A stretch of DNA of 64,000 nt from a virus: the UHGV virus genome UHGV-0076294. One strand, given 5' to 3'. Below, piece by piece: positions 59,791 through 64,000 of this stretch. The first letter of the stretch is position 1. Each line of letters begins with the position of its first letter. The notes under the pieces are model-generated. The model was not told where the DNA came from and did no database searches. It saw only the letters and a program-made list of their open reading frames with translations. The position numbers were made by a program, and so were the translations under genes.

Positions 59791-59810
59791 AGATATTATT
59801 TACGTGAGAC
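59791..59810 (+). promoter_or_regulatory. Candidate phage promoter motif (AGATATTATTTACGTGAGAC)
   Basis: AGATATTAT...GTGAGA family, 38 nt upstream of the next start. Confidence 0.35.
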
Positions 59811-59828
59811 ATTCTTTCGGAGTGAATT

Positions 59829-60377
59829 ATGTTTACAGGATTAATAACACGTTTTAAGAAACGTCTACAGCAAAAGCGTTTACAGGCTCTCAGAGAGTCT
59901 CTAAGGCAGGAGTTTCATAAGAACATCCATAACCCCTGCGCGAGAACGTTTAGCGGCTTACGGTTGCTTACGTTGCCTATAAACGTAGATACCGAACCCT
60001 ACCACCCCAGCTTACGTGGTAATCTCGAGTTACGTATCGCTAATCTCGATATTCTTTACCAACGTCTTGCTTTTTATATCAACGAATACCAACGCACGAT
60101 TAATGGAACCTCTATCGAGTGGTTATCATTGCCAGAGTCGTTAAGTAAACAAAAAGACTCATCGGAAAACCGCTGGTTAGACACTTATTTTGGGACGTCC
60201 AATCCGGCGGTTGCCTATTATAAGCTAACGCAGTTACTCGAGCTTATCGAACCTTACGAAGATATTTTCTTAAAGCCCAAGACCGATGAAGATCGGGCAT
60301 TGGTAAATCACTGTGCACATTTGTTTCGTGAAATGGAGGTACTCATCGAACACTACCTTTTAAACCGACCTGTTTAA
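59829..60377 (+). CDS. Hypothetical protein
   Basis: 182-aa ORF, GGAG RBS. Confidence 0.7.
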   Translation: MFTGLITRFKKRLQQKRLQALRESLRQEFHKNIHNPCARTFSGLRLLTLPINVDTEPYHPSLRGNLELRIANLDILYQRLAFYINEYQRTINGTSIEWLSLPESLSKQKDSSENRWLDTYFGTSNPAVAYYKLTQLLELIEPYEDIFLKPKTDEDRALVNHCAHLFREMEVLIEHYLLNRPV

Positions 60378-60407
60378 TAATCAGTTAACCCCTTGTAACA
60401 AGGTGAA

Positions 60408-61223
60408 GTGATGGATAACGAAGCAAAAGCAAAACTGCAACGAGACGAAGAAGAACGTGCGGGTAAACCGTTGCAAAAACTTTACTGGGAATATAAAACT
60501 CAGATTGGGTGGGAACCTAAAGATTATAAGCTTGCAGTTGCAAGACACATCCTGTCCCCTGATTTCCGCACACGTTCGAAGGCCGTTCTCGAAGATCGAG
60601 TACAACGCATCTCAACGAAACTTACCTCAGGTAACAACCGTGACTTACCAGTTGACCTCACGTGGCGAGGTTTCACGGAAGGGTTAGTGATTACCGGGGT
60701 GGAATCGTTGAGAATCTGTATAACGACTTACCGTGGACGTTTCCAGACAAAAACCATTTCTGAAGTCACCACACGAGTGCGTGACGATCTTATCCGCTAC
60801 GATTTTGAAGACTGTAACGAGAAACCGACGGCCAGTGCTAGTACGGAACTGAATCGTTTCTTCCGAGATTGTGCGGGGACAGCAAAGACGATGGAGCACC
60901 CCCTTTCGAGACTCCTGTGGACAATCTTTGCGAATATCAAAATGACTTCGGATTGGTGGCATCGACTTTCAACGAACTATGTTAATAATCCAGAGAACTG
61001 TCTTCCTATCGCTTCTAAACGCAATGACATGCGGCACAATATGCAGCACAACATGCGACTGAAAAAGAAGCTGTCTTGGAAATGGTTTATGAGGATACTC
61101 AAGGCGATTGATGTGAAGAAATTCGATATTCTGTTGACGTTAAAACGCAAAAACGACAACAAGATTTACGAAGTCGTTCACACGGTTGACCTCGAGGCTT
61201 ATCAATTTCGGAGTACAGAATGA
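60408..61223 (+). CDS. Hypothetical protein
   Basis: 271-aa ORF, AAGGTGA RBS. Confidence 0.7.
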   Translation: MMDNEAKAKLQRDEEERAGKPLQKLYWEYKTQIGWEPKDYKLAVARHILSPDFRTRSKAVLEDRVQRISTKLTSGNNRDLPVDLTWRGFTEGLVITGVESLRICITTYRGRFQTKTISEVTTRVRDDLIRYDFEDCNEKPTASASTELNRFFRDCAGTAKTMEHPLSRLLWTIFANIKMTSDWWHRLSTNYVNNPENCLPIASKRNDMRHNMQHNMRLKKKLSWKWFMRILKAIDVKKFDILLTLKRKNDNKIYEVVHTVDLEAYQFRSTE

Positions 61224-62494
61224 AACTCGATCAGATAACCGGCCAGATTAACAAAGGTCAATCGGCTATCGACAACTCGGTTAATACCGCGAAGAATGCG
61301 GTTAACCGAGTACAGTCTACGGTAGAGAACGCCGAACGTGGCATTCAGAATACCGTAGATAAAGTCAGCCAGCTTTCCGATCGTGCCGGTGAAACCTTTA
61401 ACAAACTCATCAGCGGTGGAAGTGAACTGACCTCAAAAATCGGTAACCTATTCGGCGGTAGTGACATTGCCAGCGTGGGGGGTACCAAAACAGCAGGCAG
61501 CTCCACCTCCGGTGTTTCCCCAGGACAAAAAGTTCCTGGGTTTGCTTCTAACACTAAAGAGACACTACCTGTTCTCGATCCGCAGAAGCGTGATGTTTCA
61601 GAACCTTTCAAAAAGGTTAATGAGGAAGGGCTTAAAGCACTAGGGTATCTGTCACCCGGTGACTCAGGAAGTTTACTGGGCAAAGGTTGGGACAGCATTT
61701 CGTCGCTGAGTGATTCTCTTCTATCAGGAATTGGTACTGACTTCTCCTCCGTGAAGAAGCGTCTCGAAGGAACGCTGAATATCGCAGGTCAACTGGCTAA
61801 GCTTCCTTCAGAAATCAGTCATGAAGTCAACAACTTTATGTCTGAAGTCAACAGTATGCGTTACCAGATAACCTCGGTTATTGATGACGTACAACACACG
61901 TTTGACAGCTATAAAGACCTTGACGATTTCTTAGCCATCGACAACTTGATTAACAGTTTCAAAGGCAGCGACAGTTTTTCAGCGTTAGACATTAACACGT
62001 CGTCTGCTTTGATCTACGGTCTGTCTACGAAACTTAACAGTTACGGATTGCCTGCAAAAATCGACCCGATGATTCAGGCTATCAGTGACGATCAAGCAAA
62101 AGAGGCGCTTTACGGGGAGCTGATGATTCAAGCTGCTGCTACCGGTAACTTGGACTCAACAGAATATTACCTGAACAAACTTCAGGAAGGTCAGGGCAAA
62201 CAGATTGCGGAAACCGTGATTCAAAACATCATGGCTAACTTGCGTGTGGAAACCGGTACGAGTTTTAGTACGTACGGTACACGAATGTTAGCATTATTTA
62301 AAGCACTTGATGCCAAATGGGATAAAACGAAAAACGTTACTCCTGAAACTACCGAACTGAAACTTTATACTTACGCAGGCGCTAACGCGATACAAGCGCT
62401 GATGACCACCGAAAAACGTAACTACGTTTTAGCGGCAGGTAGTGTAAGTTATCAGTCTACCGATGAAATCGTGGAAGACTACTTTGCAATCTAA
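61220..62494 (+). CDS. Hypothetical protein (Ser/Gly/Asn-rich, helical N-terminus)
   Basis: 424-aa ORF, GGAG RBS, ATGA overlap. Confidence 0.7.
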   Translation: MKLDQITGQINKGQSAIDNSVNTAKNAVNRVQSTVENAERGIQNTVDKVSQLSDRAGETFNKLISGGSELTSKIGNLFGGSDIASVGGTKTAGSSTSGVSPGQKVPGFASNTKETLPVLDPQKRDVSEPFKKVNEEGLKALGYLSPGDSGSLLGKGWDSISSLSDSLLSGIGTDFSSVKKRLEGTLNIAGQLAKLPSEISHEVNNFMSEVNSMRYQITSVIDDVQHTFDSYKDLDDFLAIDNLINSFKGSDSFSALDINTSSALIYGLSTKLNSYGLPAKIDPMIQAISDDQAKEALYGELMIQAAATGNLDSTEYYLNKLQEGQGKQIAETVIQNIMANLRVETGTSFSTYGTRMLALFKALDAKWDKTKNVTPETTELKLYTYAGANAIQALMTTEKRNYVLAAGSVSYQSTDEIVEDYFAI

Positions 62495-62504
62495 GAGGCC
62501 GGAT

Positions 62505-63326
62505 ATGTCCGAACCACAATTACTGCGCTCCGTATTAAAGAAAATCAAAAGTCAAAGTGAAGACATTCAATCACTGGCTTTAACGCTCGGTTATGCGCCG
62601 GGTGACTTACGTTCTAAATCCTACGTGAACGCGTCAAGCATTGTACTCACGCCTGATGAGCTCCTTGCTTATGTCCTATACCTGAGACGGTTAGGCTATG
62701 TTTGTGCTTTACCTGAACAACTCCCGTTTACCGATGGGGTGAACCACATCAACTTTTACTCCAACGGTCGTACTACCGTGGGTAAGATGATCAGTAACTT
62801 CTACGCGAAACCTGACGGGTCAAAATTCGACACGATACACGGTCAGTTCCTGACGTTAGAAGGTTACTATCACTACTTGCGTATCGTTGACTACATGTTA
62901 CACATGGGTTACTCGATTAAAACGATGGGACGTCTGGAGACTGAATTTCCTGATATTCTTCGTTTACGTACGTTAACGGGTGCTGAGTGTATTCAGTTAG
63001 GTCGTCGATTAAAAGCGGCAATTTACGGGAAAACGGATTACCGTCCCGGTGAGTTTAGTAGCTACGCGACTGGCGCATTTAAGAATGCGCTGCTGCGTAA
63101 GTTGCACCTGTTGCAATACGACGGGTCTTGTTTAGGTAATACCCTGTCTTACTGCCATTCGATGAATCTTCCGTTCTTGCATTATTACGTCATGAACGGT
63201 CGGGTGATTACACCACCACATTCTGAATGGCTTCCTAATCTGGTGGTTTCTATTGTTGAAAACATCGACTATAACGACTCGACGTTCGATATTACGGACG
63301 TCAGTGAACGTATGGGATTAATCTAA
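62505..63326 (+). CDS. NADAR (YbiA-like, DUF1768) domain protein
   Basis: INFYSNGRTTVGKMISNF...FLTLEGYYHYLR...GAECIQLGRRLK...FKNALLRKL vs E. coli YbiA INFYSTSDDYGDFSNF...WPTSEHYFQAQK...MVAARMGR...MRKALRAKF. Start at ATG 62505 (AAGAGG RBS). Confidence 0.55.
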   Translation: MSEPQLLRSVLKKIKSQSEDIQSLALTLGYAPGDLRSKSYVNASSIVLTPDELLAYVLYLRRLGYVCALPEQLPFTDGVNHINFYSNGRTTVGKMISNFYAKPDGSKFDTIHGQFLTLEGYYHYLRIVDYMLHMGYSIKTMGRLETEFPDILRLRTLTGAECIQLGRRLKAAIYGKTDYRPGEFSSYATGAFKNALLRKLHLLQYDGSCLGNTLSYCHSMNLPFLHYYVMNGRVITPPHSEWLPNLVVSIVENIDYNDSTFDITDVSERMGLI

Positions 63327-63985
63327 TGGGATTGTTCGATACCCTAGCGCGGCTGGATAAAGCGCAGGAAGAAGAAATCATTCGTGTTGCTGGTGAGTCC
63401 ATTAAACACGAAGTCGAAAAGGAATACTGCGTTTGGGTAAAACCTACGCAAGCGGGATGGGATTGGCTCCACGCACAAGAAGCCAAGATGTTCATGGACA
63501 TTCTCATGCCGATAGAAGGTGGGCGTCGTCGTATCCGTATTAAAGAAGACGGTACGGCACAGCTAACGCTTAAGCGTAAGTTCCAGGACGGAAAGGTTGA
63601 AGAGAATTCGGATATCGGTATTAGTTCCGCACTCTCTTTTTACAAAGACGGTTATTTGGCACACCTGGTGAAACGTATTCACTTAGAGCCGGGTGAATTA
63701 GCCGAGAAAGGGGCTAAGCATTGGGATATTGATATTTTCACTATCACCACCGGACACCCTGCCATTGAAGTTTCAGCTGACTTTAACGATCTCATCACCG
63801 AGATGCGTAGTAGCACCAGCGTTGGTGACTGGGTGAAAGTTGAACTGGAAGTCGAACGTTACGAGATTGCAGATGTGCTGTCTGTAATTCCGTTTGAGTT
63901 TGACGGCCATATTCCGGCTACGCCGAAAGATCCTGAAGACCAAGAATATCTTCGTGATTACTGGGATTCAGTTACCCGTATGTAA
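63326..63985 (+). CDS. CYTH-like (triphosphate tunnel metalloenzyme) domain protein
   Basis: ExExK-type HEVEKEY near the N-terminus, RRRIRIKEDGTAQLTLKRK, WDIDIF, VKVELEVERYE: alternating charged beta-strand pattern of CYTH domains. Confidence 0.45.
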   Translation: MGLFDTLARLDKAQEEEIIRVAGESIKHEVEKEYCVWVKPTQAGWDWLHAQEAKMFMDILMPIEGGRRRIRIKEDGTAQLTLKRKFQDGKVEENSDIGISSALSFYKDGYLAHLVKRIHLEPGELAEKGAKHWDIDIFTITTGHPAIEVSADFNDLITEMRSSTSVGDWVKVELEVERYEIADVLSVIPFEFDGHIPATPKDPEDQEYLRDYWDSVTRM

Positions 63986-63989
63986 CACC

Positions 63990-64000
63990 TACCCTACTCC
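63990..64000 (+). terminator. Left arm of another CCCTACTCC-family terminator (cut by window edge)
   Basis: TACCCTACTCC is identical to the left arm at 44665..44675. Confidence 0.35.

Noticed and set aside
1-64000. CRISPR arrays, tRNA/tmRNA genes, integrase/transposase/IS elements, a diversity-generating retroelement targeting the fibre genes
   Set aside because: By eye I saw no regularly spaced direct repeats, no cloverleaf-like GTTCGAATC-type T-arm in intergenic gaps, no recombinase or reverse-transcriptase (YxDD) motifs, and no template/variable repeat pair. A tRNAscan, DGR scan or Infernal run is still needed to exclude these.

Overview
This window looks like part of a large virulent tailed phage, probably jumbo-class with an enterobacterial host. 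I see no integrase, transposase, tRNA or CRISPR array. The host guess rests on a DUF1471/YhcN-family gene and an Ivy-like gene.

Layout:
- 1-3.9 kb: cell-wall hydrolase cassette (GH108 lysozyme, DUF1353, M15 peptidase), a lipoprotein and a small paralog pair.
- 3.9-25.9 kb, minus strand: one long operon. Four tail-fibre genes (1441, 1402, 1727 and about 399 aa) share an N-terminal module. They are followed by three radical-SAM enzymes (one with a SPASM-like end) interleaved with three Cys-rich proteins.
- 26-28.6 kb: spike-like protein and a leaderless DUF1471 protein.
- 29-33 kb: four- to five-member paralog family.
- 33-35.2 kb: five consecutive exported small proteins, one Ivy-like.
- 36.5-64 kb: DNA metabolism and candidate counter-defence genes. 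These are a Rad50-like ATPase with a CxxC hook, GNAT, DarG-like macrodomain, lytic transglycosylase, DEDDh exonuclease, RNase H fusion, UvsX-like recombinase, an RpoB-C-terminus-like ORF, a NADAR-like protein and a CYTH-like protein.

Main candidate for a new system: the radical-SAM/SPASM cluster inside the fibre operon. Two of its Cys-rich proteins carry 20 and 21 cysteines at CX3C spacing in a Gly/Ser/Thr matrix behind tail-fibre-like N-termini. The third is joined by a -1 frameshift at a G10 run to a beta-rich domain. This suggests RiPP-like thioether stapling of a virion fibre component.

I also see a recurring AT-rich promoter-like motif (AGATAT..TTAC..GTGAG) and a family of near-identical terminator stems. 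All functional calls come from motif recognition by eye and need HMM or structure confirmation.
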